This document shows positions 51,697-64,000 of a stretch of 64,000 nt of DNA, piece after piece. Each line of letters opens with the position of its first letter. Within the stretch, counting starts at the first letter, position 1. Source of the DNA: Lama glama (taxonomy: Eukaryota); assembly GCA_028534125.1 (NCBI GenBank), contig CM052817.1:102116001-102180000 (forward strand), written 5' to 3'. The notes below the pieces were generated by a model. The model worked only from the letters and a program-made list of their open reading frames with translations, did no database searches and had not been told where the DNA came from. Made by a program: the position numbers and the translations under genes.

Positions 51697-53808
51697 AAAA
51701 ATACATGAAAAAGATCTATTCATAAGCACGCTTCTTGGTGTTTCCTCCTTTTAAAACTCAAAACAGTGTGGTCTGCCTCGTGCCCACATCAAAGGAAGCC
51801 ACTAACCGAGAATAAGAGAAATGAAGTCTCCATTCAACCTCTCTCTCCTGATGCCTGAACACATTTCACAAAATGTTCTTTGAACCAATGACATGCTTAG
51901 AAAACCAGAAATAGAACAGAAAGATAAACCCACAAGAGAAAAGCAATGAGGACACCACCACACCCCCTCCAGCTCTTTCCAAAACATTTTTCCTCCCAGA
52001 TGAATACAGTGAGTCAAAGGGCTCTATTTTTAATGCACGCATCCTGCTTGTGGCACAAACAGATCAAGGGGAAAATCTCGTCTTCAGGAAAACCTGAGCC
52101 TGTAACACAAAGTACGTACGCTCATCAAACAGCACGTCTGAGGTCAGAAGCATCAAAATGAAAGGACGAATGAACCAGTGAGCGAGCAAATGAGTGTCTC
52201 TGAAGGAGAATTTTAGAGCAGTTCAGGATGAAATGATAATGTAGAAATCGGCTATCAATTCTCAATATCCTCCTCATATTATATAACTACGTGCAATTAC
52301 ATGCACACACGCATGTGTATTTAGTTACTATACCTTCAAAAGAGCCGGCACAGCTACATTGAAGAGGGAGTTTGGGAGGGTTTTGAAGAAAAGCAGGGGT
52401 ACGCCATAGCATTCCCTACCACTTGTGATGGAGAAAGAGGATTTTAATGAAGTTTTGCTCTGTTATTCATGACACTCCCTTGCAATTTCCTAGGAGAATG
52501 TTGTAAGGATTTAAATCACTTTTCAATGATTTCTAAATGCCATTTATTCATTTCTTCCACAAATCTGTATTGACAGAGGCAATTTCTTGGGACTGTGTTT
52601 ACACTGGCAGGCTCTGTAGAGACAGCCTTTATGGTAGAAGCAAGAAAGCCCAGTCTTATATAGGTCCACCAGAAACACAGATCCAGAAGACAAAAACCAT
52701 ATTCCGGTACAGCTCCTTGTTCTGTTCTCTGAGACCATCGACAGTTAAATTGGCTTTTATGTCATGACCTGGAGGACCACCTATTATACAAAATAGAAAA
52801 TGCGTCCGGAGTTGCAGTGAACCAGCGGATGAACTTAACCTCAACTGTTCACCCTGGAGGTTACCTGTTCACGAGGCAGCTTTTTCCTACGGCTGGTTAT
52901 GCTGCTGCTTAATTCCCTTCTAAAGGTTAAAGTAAAGCTTGACCAGGGCTCTTGAATTTCTTCTGAGTTGTGAGTAGGTGTGAACCAAATTCTAAGCCCT
53001 GTCAAGACTGAGAATGTCTTCACCCTAAATGTACCAGCATCGAAATGGCCAACAATAATAACCCAAGGCTACTTTCATTACAAAGTTGGTCTTTGCTTTA
53101 AAAAAAAAAAACCATGCATGATCCTTCCATAGATAACGACCCACTTAAAGTGCTCTGCATGACTAACAATGGCATTTGCGTAAAGCCCGGTGCCAGGAGT
53201 GGAAGCCTGTGGCTGACTCAAGCCAGCGCAACAACAGAAATATCTCCTAAAACACAGAACACATGGCCGCTCGTTCTCCACGATTGTCCTGGAGAGACGA
53301 GCGGAGGAGAGTGTTGGTGTCTCTTAAAAACAATCTGCTAAATGCTTTTAGATCCTGATTACAGGCTGACCTATATATTTTTGGCAATGCTAGTGTCCCA
53401 GGGGGACTGACGACCTGACAAGTAGTTAAGGTCCTCCAGATTAGATGAGCTTCGAAAAAGCCAAGATAAGCAGACTAATTTCCAAAAAAAAGTATTTTCT
53501 TCTGACCTTTGAAATGTTAACAGGGCCACGTCAGTGGATTATTTTGAGCAAGGTAAGTTTTGCCTTAAAAAATGCCTTTGTAAACAATAGATCCCCCAGC
53601 CAGTCTCACACACACACACCAGGTACAGAACACTTTCCAGGCAAGAAGCAATGACTCTCTACCTAATGCAGCTGGATGAGAGGGCCAACGAACTTGGTAG
53701 ATGAGATTTCCTGTGTAAATTACTGTTGGTTGCGAATGAGTATGGTCATTGCAAAGGATGTTGTAAAGATCCAATAAGACAATACACAGAAAATGCCTAG
53801 TGTAGCAC

Positions 53809-54308
53809 NNNNNNNNNNNNNNNNNNNNNNNNNNNNNNNNNNNNNNNNNNNNNNNNNNNNNNNNNNNNNNNNNNNNNNNNNNNNNNNNNNNNNNNNNNNN
53901 NNNNNNNNNNNNNNNNNNNNNNNNNNNNNNNNNNNNNNNNNNNNNNNNNNNNNNNNNNNNNNNNNNNNNNNNNNNNNNNNNNNNNNNNNNNNNNNNNNNN
54001 NNNNNNNNNNNNNNNNNNNNNNNNNNNNNNNNNNNNNNNNNNNNNNNNNNNNNNNNNNNNNNNNNNNNNNNNNNNNNNNNNNNNNNNNNNNNNNNNNNNN
54101 NNNNNNNNNNNNNNNNNNNNNNNNNNNNNNNNNNNNNNNNNNNNNNNNNNNNNNNNNNNNNNNNNNNNNNNNNNNNNNNNNNNNNNNNNNNNNNNNNNNN
54201 NNNNNNNNNNNNNNNNNNNNNNNNNNNNNNNNNNNNNNNNNNNNNNNNNNNNNNNNNNNNNNNNNNNNNNNNNNNNNNNNNNNNNNNNNNNNNNNNNNNN
54301 NNNNNNNN
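53809..54308. other. Assembly gap (500 N)
   Basis: 500 N. Confidence 0.99.
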
Positions 54309-54627
54309 TCCCTCCCTCCCTCCCTCCCTCTTTCTTTTTCCTACAGTGGCAGAGAGGCCCTGAGCAAAGAGAAAAAACAAAGGCAGTGAAGAAGAAGGTT
54401 TGGCACAGGACAGAGGCAAGAGAGAGCGTATTGTTTGGGATGAAAATGACCACGAATCCGGAAAAGGCTCTCACGCTCTGAAGTCCCGCATACCCCAGAC
54501 ACTGGGGACTGAAAAAGAATCAGGAAAGAATAAAAACAGTGTGATTTTTCAATGTTTTAAGTTGGATAGTGTGCCAGGGCTATGCCAGTTATAAATTAAA
54601 CCAGGAGAAATAAAAACAACAGAAGTA

Positions 54628-54792
54628 GGGAAGGGTATAGCTCAGTGGTAGGGCACATGCTTAGCATGCACGAGGTCCTGGGTTCAATCCACCGTACCTC
54701 CATTAAAATAAATAAGTAAATAAACCTAATTATCTTCCCCCCCAAAATATAATAAAGTAAAAAATAATAATAAATAAATTAGAAAAAAAAAA
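54628..54792 (+). mobile_element. tRNA-derived SINE with TSD
   Basis: A and B box head; caacagaagt on both flanks. Confidence 0.9.
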
Positions 54793-55169
54793 CCAACAGA
54801 AGTTCCATCTAGCCTGTATGTCAAAAGGGCAGATTGGCGCTATGTCTCCAGCAAACCTGAGTAACCCACGGGTCCCAGGTGAAGTGGAGTGAGGGGACTG
54901 CAAGCTGGCTCCTAGCAGATAGAATATACTGCAAACCATCCGACAAGGCCCCGTTGTTTCTCCAAACCATCTTCCTTTTCAGTTTTGCTTTCCTTTTATT
55001 TATCTTTCCTTTCCTTGTCCTTTTAAATTTCTCCTCAAGTTCAAGAAGTCACTTAGGTTTGAGGAGGAGCTGAGAAGGTAAGTAAGAGAAGCAATGAGAA
55101 AGTGGGCAACATGTGAAGAAAGGAGGTCACTCCACCTCAAGATCTTCAAGAACAAAGGTGTTAAAGGAG

Positions 55170-55305
55170 GGGGGTGGGTACAGCTCAGTGGTAGAGCCTG
55201 TGCTTAACCTGCACAAGGTCCTGGGTTCAATTCCCAGTCCCTTCATTAAAAATAAATAAATAAAAACCTAATTATCTTACCCCAAGAACAAAAACAAAAC
55301 AAAAA
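55170..55305 (+). mobile_element. tRNA-derived SINE with TSD
   Basis: A and B box head; flanks aagaacaaaggtgttaa / aagaacaaagacgttaa. Confidence 0.9.
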
Positions 55306-56296
55306 GAACAAAGACGTTAATTCCCAGGCTGTCTATGAAGGTCCCCGATCAGGCAATGCCACCGAAGCTAGGCAAAACGTTAGACAGACAAAGTGAAAAG
55401 CTTACTGTCACCAAATAGTGACTCTTTTTGCTAGAACAGTATTATTGATAGATCTCTGTCTTCTTCTTTTTTAATGAATTCAATTTTTATCTGTTCCATT
55501 GATCACTAGAGGGTACTTTCCCTTTATAATAACCATTGGTGAATGAATGTTAAGTGTGCTTCACATATTTTTCTTCTTCAATTGCTATTATCTCCCTTTC
55601 TAAAGGCTTGTTATGATTTCTCCCATTTTTACAAGAAGAAAACCAAAGCGCAGAGAAGCTAAGCGACTCATCGCAGGTAAGTGAGACTATAAATAAAAGA
55701 TCTGCAACAGGAACAGAGAGTCATCTGTCCCCCGAGCTGGTGACGTCTCTTAAATTAGCCTTTATTAAGTATGGCTATGATATAAATTCTACTCTTCACG
55801 AAACGCTTGTTTAAAGACTATGCTAGGGGCAGTGCCAACCACGGACTCAGCCTTAGAGGGAGAAAGGAAGACAGAGCCCTTGTTTACAAAGGACTTAACA
55901 TTTATGAAACAGACGCTTTACAACTGGGTTTGTGGCGCAGTGGGACAATCTGGAGCCAAAAGATCTGGGTCTAATATCTGGCCCTGCCTGCCTCTGGACC
56001 ACAGGCTTGAGAAAGTCAGACAGTCCCTGAGTCTTCTGTAAAGCAGGGCGCCTGCTCATCTTGCAGGCCTGTTGTTGGAAGCAGTGATAGAATATGTATG
56101 ATTTATTTACAATTCACATTATAAATATTATATATTATTTTATATATAACGTATATTATTATATTATATATTATTTTTATATTAACATATTATGTTATAT
56201 ATTATTTTTATATAATGTATGTTATTATATTACATATTATATTATAATATGATGTACATTTATTATGAATCATCACCACCAGTGATTAGATTTTAT

Positions 56297-56615
56297 AGGC
56301 TCCTTATCCTAAATGCTTAGGGCCAGATAGAGTCATCCTGGAATTCTGAAGTTTTAAGTTCTATAAAGGAAATATAGTCCCTGTGTAATACAGTACATAT
56401 GTAAGTATATATAAATATAGTACATCTAGTATTGTCTGGAGTGGCAGCCCATAACCAAGCACTTAACATTCTGTGGCAAAATGAAGGAATAGGCACATTT
56501 AGAGGGATTCAAAACACAGGAACAGCCTCATGTCGGTAAGTCAGGTTTCGCACTGAGTGTTTAAAACTTTCCATCCTGAGAGCTTTCAGAACTACAGATA
56601 AAAGAGGACGGATCT
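56297..56615. mobile_element. MER46C-like Tigger MITE
   Basis: ccttatcctaaatgcttagggccaga...cagcctcatgtcggtaagtcaggttt. Confidence 0.6.
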
Positions 56616-56749
56616 TTAGCACTCAGATGCAGATTCAGCGCACTGGACGGAGGGCTAAGGGCACTCTTTGTTCTTAGTGATTCCAGATCAGAAGTCAGGG
56701 GAGAAAATGAGAAATTTTGGTTTGGGGAATCATAGCCAAATATCTGAGG

Positions 56750-57010
56750 AACCAAGAAGAATTCAGGGTCTAGTCTGGCTTACAGGGACGGAACAAAACC
56801 TCAAAGACAAGGAACAGGACTAGAATCTGACTCTTTAAGGTGTAGCCAATCAACGAATTGCCTTACTTTGCTTCTGAATCTTCTCTATAAAACGCTTTCC
56901 CCTCGCTCCTGTCCGTGGAACACTCCTAACCACTTCTGGTTCGGTGTTGCCTCACTCCAATCAATTTTTGCTTAAATAAGCCCTTAAAAATTAAAAAAAA
57001 AATTGAAAAA
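56750..57010 (+). mobile_element. ERV1-type LTR U3-R fragment ending in poly(A), with a long TSD
   Basis: CCAAT (agccaatc), TATA (ctataaaa), ttgcttaaataagcccttaaaaatt, then an A-run. Flanks caaatatctgagg / caaatatttcagg. Confidence 0.65.
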
Positions 57011-57644
57011 CAAATATTTCAGGTGGAAATAACACCCTGGAAAACATAATGACATTAAAAAAGTCTTTGCCGTGTCGTAGGAGGGGTAAGCACACTGGTA
57101 TGACTTGGAGGGAACAGGCGGGTAGAGGGAGAGGGTGGGGAAAATCTAAAGAAAGCCTTGATGCTCAGATTCATGGAACTTGATTTAAATGCAAAAGAAG
57201 ATAGGCTTTATTCTGCACACCTGCAGACTCTCACAGTAACAAACGTGGCATGTACACCCTGAATACATATGTATTTGCTAATACACTTAAATATTCATGT
57301 GCTAGTGTAAAAACACCACAAAAGGCTTAAAAGGATGAAATTCAAAGTTGTAATGTTTTCCTCCTAAACCCCCACGTGGGACACTATTGTTGTCATCAAG
57401 GAACGGATATGACCAAATCTAGGTTTTAGAATAAGATACCTGAGCTCAAAATTCAAAAGTGCAGTTTAAAAATAAATAAAGAGTTTCCTTAGGCAAAAAG
57501 TAGAGGAAATGCTGAGTTAACCAAGTCAAATGGGTTCTTTGCCTCAGGGCTTCTCACAGCCTTCCCAATGCACATTTCTATGGGGTAGGGGGTTGGTGGG
57601 GTGGGGTGGGGGTAGGTGGATGAGTTCTGAGGTGTTTTCCACTC

Positions 57645-57855
57645 TTTTTTTTATTGGAAGTATAGTCGATTAACAAATGTGTTAGCTTCTGGTACACAGC
57701 ATAGTGATTCAGTTTAACATAAACATACTATTTTTCATTACAGGATATTGAATATAGTTCCCTGTGTTATACAGTAGGACCTTGTTGTTTATCTATTTTA
57801 TGTATAGCAGTTTGTGTCTGCTAATCCCAAACTTCTAATTTATCCCTCCCCCACT
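57645..57855 (-). mobile_element. L1 3'UTR tip
   Basis: ttttattggaagtatagt...atattgaatatagttccctgtg...tgctaatcccaaacttctaatttatccctcccc. Confidence 0.85.
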
Positions 57856-58084
57856 CAAGATGCTCATATTTAAAAACAGTAGACAATCATTTTGAGATAA
57901 GGTTCAGACAATTTAGCTAGGAAGTGTGGGTGACTGGGCAATGGCTTATTCCCAAAACTGGGGTAGGGGGTGGTGATCAATGAAATGTAAAATAAAAATA
58001 AGCACTTGAATTCTTTTTGGAAAATGAGATACTGCAATTGATTAAAATTAAAATGCGCTTGCCCTAAGTTTCAGTTTTATTGAA

Positions 58085-58300
58085 TGAATAAGTTCTGGGG
58101 ATCTAATGTACAGCAATGGTGATCATGGTTAATAATATGAAATTTGCTGAGAGTAGATCTTGAAGTGTTCTCACCACTCACTATGTAATTAGCTTGATTG
58201 GGATCATCATTTCACAAAGTGCCCATATAATCAAAACATCACACTGTACACCTTAAATGTATATAATTTAAATTTACTAATTACACCTCAATAAAGCTGG
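58085..58300 (+). mobile_element. L1MA-like 3' end
   Basis: aataagttctggggatctaatgtacagc...aaatttgctgagagtagatctt...cacctcaataaagctgg. Confidence 0.8.
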
Positions 58301-59400
58301 GAGAGGAAAGGCAAAGACTGAGTGTGCCCTTTTACTCAGCAAGTTTGCTTCTAGAGATCTATTTGTATTACACACACACACGCTCTGCAGCACAACTTCA
58401 ATAGCCAACATTTATCATGACTATATATGATGGTGGAAGGCTAAGTCAATTTACTTTCTATATTGCTAGTCTGAAACGCTCTCCTCTAAGCCTGTAGCGT
58501 TGAGATAGGGTTGAAACTGCTTTATCTCAGGCACGTTTTCAGCTGCAGAATTCAGGATGTCACAGAAATACGGATAGAATGTTAATAAACATACACACCA
58601 AAAAAAAAAGAAACACTCATTTGGTGAAAATAAATAGTAAAAGGAAACAGGAATTACATGTAAGTGTGGGATAATTAAATTATTGTGAAAAATCACTTGA
58701 CTTCCAGTGTAATCCAATTAACTATTCTTTTTGGAATTACGTAATTTTACAGCATTCTCATGATTTCCAGGTATGAGGTAAGTTAACAGCCACTGTAGCA
58801 GCAAAAATAGACTATTTTAGAAATAATACAGATAGAAGTGATTGAGTTAAAAAAAATATTGACATCACAAGGATAAATAGAGAAGAAGCCCAGAATATCT
58901 AGGTGTTTTATAAGAAAAATTCTTCTATTGACAGACAACTATCTCTTAGCAACAACCAGCAAATGGGCTCTCAGCAATTTTCCTTCAAAGAGCTTTCAGG
59001 ATATACATCACAAACAGAAAGGATCAGAGGAAAAACCACAGATTGTCAAGGTAATTGTATGGAATTAAAGGCCTTTTTTCAAAGTGTAGCTCATTGTTTT
59101 GCATAAATTCATTATGGCCTAGAATCCAACATCTTGAACCTAAAATATCTTATCTGAATTCATTTATTTTGCAAATCCAAGCTAGATTACTGTTAGGGGA
59201 CAGCCTCCTAAATTGTTATCAGTACTGATATCTTCATCTGTACCAACCTTTTTGATTAAGAACATGTGTTGCTAGTAGATATCACATAGAGTAATTATGA
59301 CAGATGCAGACTTCACCCTGTAGAGATGCCCAGTTCATCACAGAAGAAATTTAGGAAGATTATGCAGGCAGCACAATAAACACTGCACACTGGAACACGA

Positions 59401-59428
<28 letters not shown>
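59401..59428. repeat. (AC)n microsatellite
   Basis: 14 AC units. Confidence 0.95.
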
Positions 59429-59432
<4 letters not shown>

Positions 59433-59579
59433 CTTGCTCTCATACATTCTGAGGCAAACAACAGGAACACTGGGAGTCAGTTTCAGGTCCAAATAAGGTG
59501 AAGATTAGGAAGCTGTTAAAGAGTCTATGATTTGGGGGCAGGGGGAGACTCTTCAAATTTTGTCTTTAACACCTGTTAA

Positions 59580-59665
59580 ATGTTCATAGTAGCACTATTT
59601 ACAATAACCAAGACATGGAAACAACCCAAATGTCCATTGATAGATGACTGGATAAAGAAGATGTG

Positions 59666-59704
<39 letters not shown>

Positions 59705-60120
59705 AAGGAATACTACTCAGCCACAAAAAGAATAAAAAATGCCATTTGCACAACATGGATAGACCTGGAGAGCATCATTCTAAGTGAAGTAAACCAGAAA
59801 GAGAAAGAAAAATGCCATATGATATCACTTACATGTAGAATCCTAAAAAAAAAGGACACAAATGAACTTATCTACAAAACAGAAACAGACTCACAAACAT
59901 AGAGAACAAATTTATGGTTACCAGGGGGTAAAGAGGGTGGGAAGGGATAAATTGGGAATTCGAAATTTTCACTTCTTGGGAAGTGACGGAAATGCTAGCT
60001 ATCCTGATTGTGGTGGTGGTTTCATTGGCGTATATACATCTATCAAAATTCATCAAATAGCACATCTGAAGTATGTGTAGTTTACTTTATGGGAATCATA
60101 CCACAATAAAGGTGCTTAAA
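59580..60120 (+). mobile_element. L1 fragments: younger ORF2 end/3'UTR joined to an older L1M 3' end
   Basis: atgttcatagtagcactatttacaataaccaagacatggaaacaacccaaatgtcc...; from about 59970 tatcctgattgtggtggtggtttc...cacaataaag. Confidence 0.8.
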
Positions 60121-60229
60121 AAATTGTCTTTAAAAATACATCTCCAGGTCTGCCCTCAAGAAGATCTACTTCCAGGGAGGCTGAGCACACAGCTTCTTCC
60201 TTGGGTCCCCGACACCTCAGACCCACATG

Positions 60230-61636
<1,407 letters not shown>

Positions 61637-61639
61637 CGG

Positions 61640-62175
61640 TGGTTGCAAAGATTTCCTTTTGTGCAGGCTCATGCCTACAAGGGTTCTGGTCAACCCTTCG
61701 CCTTCCTCTCTTGGGGACATTCTGCACCAGGGCAGTGCATTGAGTGTTTTCTTCTCTGGATTCTGATGCTTTGATATCTGGGGTCTTGCTGATCCTAGGG
61801 GGTTGCCCCAGGATCAGGTGAGTGTGCTCCTCAAATGCAAACCAACCAACCCGGAGCCCGCACTCCCAACCACCTCCTTTAGTGGCTTTCACACTCTGGG
61901 CCACTGTTCACCCACCCTAATCACTCACGGCCAGCTATCTAGTCATTAGAGACAGCTTCTCTGCCCCAGGCCACTGAAACTATTCCAACTAGCCAACCTC
62001 AAGCCTGCTAATTCTGCCTCTCCCATTCATTCCCTTGGAAAGCACAATAAAGCCCCTTGCCCAGAGTTTTCTATTTCTCCCTCTGCCTCCTGACTGACCT
62101 CAGTGTGCACACCACATACACCCGCTCCCATAATGTGGTGTGCCCCTCCTCTTGGGATCTGTGAGTGTAACATCC
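61640..62175 (+). mobile_element. MER74-like ERVL LTR
   Basis: aatgcaaaccaaccaacccggagcccgcactcccaaccacctccttt...cacactctgggccact...cacaataaagccccttgccc. Confidence 0.7.
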
Positions 62176-62430
62176 TGTTTGTTCCTTACCCATACCTAAA
62201 TAACAATAAAACCTACATTAAACTAGGCAGGGGGCAGACTAGCTCCCAGCTGTAACACAGCTGGGCTCAGGATATCACACCAACAGGAGCGTGAGTCCTT
62301 GAATGTAAAGTACCCACAGGAAGGATGTTTCTCTTGTAACAAAACTGAAATATGTTTATTATGTTGGACGGTTTTCCATCTACAAAACAAGGAGTTTTTA
62401 CAGAAGAATATTCTGATTCGCATACATCAT

Positions 62431-62904
62431 TGTCTTAGTCTATTTGAAATGCTGTAAGAAATAAACAACAGAAATTGATCTCTCATGGTTCTGAAGGCTA
62501 GAAGTCCAAGATCGGGGCGCCAGAATGGCTGGGTTCTGGTGAAGGCCTGGAGACTGACACGTTTTTAAAAAAATGTTTTTGGGCAGGAGGTAATCAGGTT
62601 GTTTGTTTGTTTTAATAGAAGTACTGGGGATTGAACTCAGAATCTTGTGCATGCTAAGCACACACTCTACCACTGAGCTATACGCTCCCCTCTGAGACTG
62701 CCAACTTTTGCTATATCCTCAGACAGCAGAAGAGGCTAGGGAGCCCTCTGGGACCTCTTTCATAGGGCACTAATTCCATTCATGAGGGCTCCACCCTCAT
62801 GACCTAACCACCTTCTAAAGGCCCCACCTCCTAAAACCATCACCTTGGGCTTTAGGGTTTCAACATACGAATTTGCGGGGGACACAAGCATTCAGCCCAG
62901 AGCA
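62431..62904 (-). mobile_element. MLT1A-like MaLR LTR interrupted by a SINE
   Basis: tgtcttagtc...aacaacagaaattgatctctcatggttctg...catgagggctccaccctcatgacctaa...gggacacaagcattcag. Confidence 0.85.
62562..62691 (-). mobile_element. tRNA-derived SINE nested in the MLT1A LTR
   Basis: gtactggggattgaactcagaatcttgtgcatgctaagcacacactctaccactgagctatacgctcccc. Confidence 0.9.
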
Positions 62905-64000
62905 ATCATGAAACTGCTGAATGTCTCCTTTGATTTCTAAACTAGTAAAAACTGCTACACAGTCTGTAAACATTTTCTTAGTTATCCTGAAAATAAAATA
63001 CCTTTTGGCTTGGGGAAAAAAAAAAACAACGCATCTCCTTTGGTCAATCTGGGAAAGCTCTGTGGAGAGACGGTGTGGTTCAAGATGCATCTGAATGTTG
63101 CAGTAGAGACTTGGTGAACTGAGGGTGAAAGCTGGCATTCTTCTAGAGTAAGTGTGTAGAGTAAGTTCAATATAGAAACAGAAAGAAACAAACAAGGAGG
63201 TTTAAATTAAATATCTGAGTTGATTTTTTTTTTTATTCAACGGCCAATGCTCCTAATTAATGCACTACTTTTTGGCAGTAAAAAATTTCTGGCGTCAAGT
63301 GATCCTATTTATATTAAGATACTTTCTACATACACTTTTGCAAAATCATCTGAAGAAACCAGCTAATTAGAGACAGATGTTTGACAACTACAGCATTAGA
63401 TTTAAACTGATTATGCAAATCTAGGATGGTCTTACACAATTGTCTCCAAATCTGTTAAGAATCTATTTCTGAAGCCTTTATGAGTAAATGTTTGAGTGCA
63501 TATATTGGGCTTAAAATAATCACATAGACTTGAATTAACCTAAACTCCTCTGTTTACTCTTGCTTTTGTTTCCTACTTCTTTACTTACATAGAAGCAAAA
63601 ATTCCCGAAACCACACAGACAGAGGTTGGTAAAATCTAACCAAATAGATCATTGTAATTTTATTGAATATAAATGACTTTATTTTCAAACTGGTTTCTAC
63701 ATGTTTACTTGTAATAAATATATTTAGACTCATTTCTCCCACCAATTCATGTCTTAAGTAGGTGGCTTCTTCCACTAATTTCAAAAGAGAAAGATTAGAC
63801 CAGAAAGGTGTTAGCAGTATCTATGTACACATGTGAGTAGCAAGCATATAAAAAAGAAACAAGGAAAGTCTCGAAAGCAGACTATGTGAAAAAATAAACG
63901 TGTTGCATAGTGTGTACAGAAGGCTCTCTCTGCCGTAATGCAATGGAAGTTCAACAAGCTTTTTCTAAAACGTACTTGGAAATGTACATAGTCAGGAACA

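Noticed and set aside
56100..56270. AT-rich quasi-periodic repeat (also 42320-42475 and 40100-40200)
   Set aside because: Ordinary low-complexity TA-rich decay with no repeat-spacer structure.

Overview
Mammalian genomic DNA, most likely a camelid (alpaca/camel type), judged from its tRNA-derived SINE family and L1 3'UTR types. The window lies entirely inside the minus-strand gene DCHS2 (dachsous cadherin-related 2). Eight coding exons have GT-AG boundaries and consistent phases: 37181-37417, 35158-36174, 31616-31803, 30227-30326 (not in the ORF track), 26514-26671, 24594-25437, 22205-22444 and 7466-8323. The cadherin chain breaks between the 22205 and 8323 exons. The missing coding sequence is not in the called bases and probably lies in the 500-N gap at 16010-16509. 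The introns hold many L1, L2, MIR, LTR and DNA-transposon relics, plus a decayed KLHDC4 processed pseudogene (+ strand, about 60230-61630). I do not see a clearly new biological system. The best leads are: the missing exons, bracketed by an inverted L1 pair; a PRRAR|S polybasic motif in a CpG-rich exon; a perfect telomeric G-quadruplex 21-mer; a MER41-like solo LTR with a STAT GAS site; an ERV LTR apparently retroposed by L1; and a UG-repeat/NAGNAG splice acceptor. Repeat family names come from recalled consensus sequences, not a database search, and repeat boundaries are approximate.
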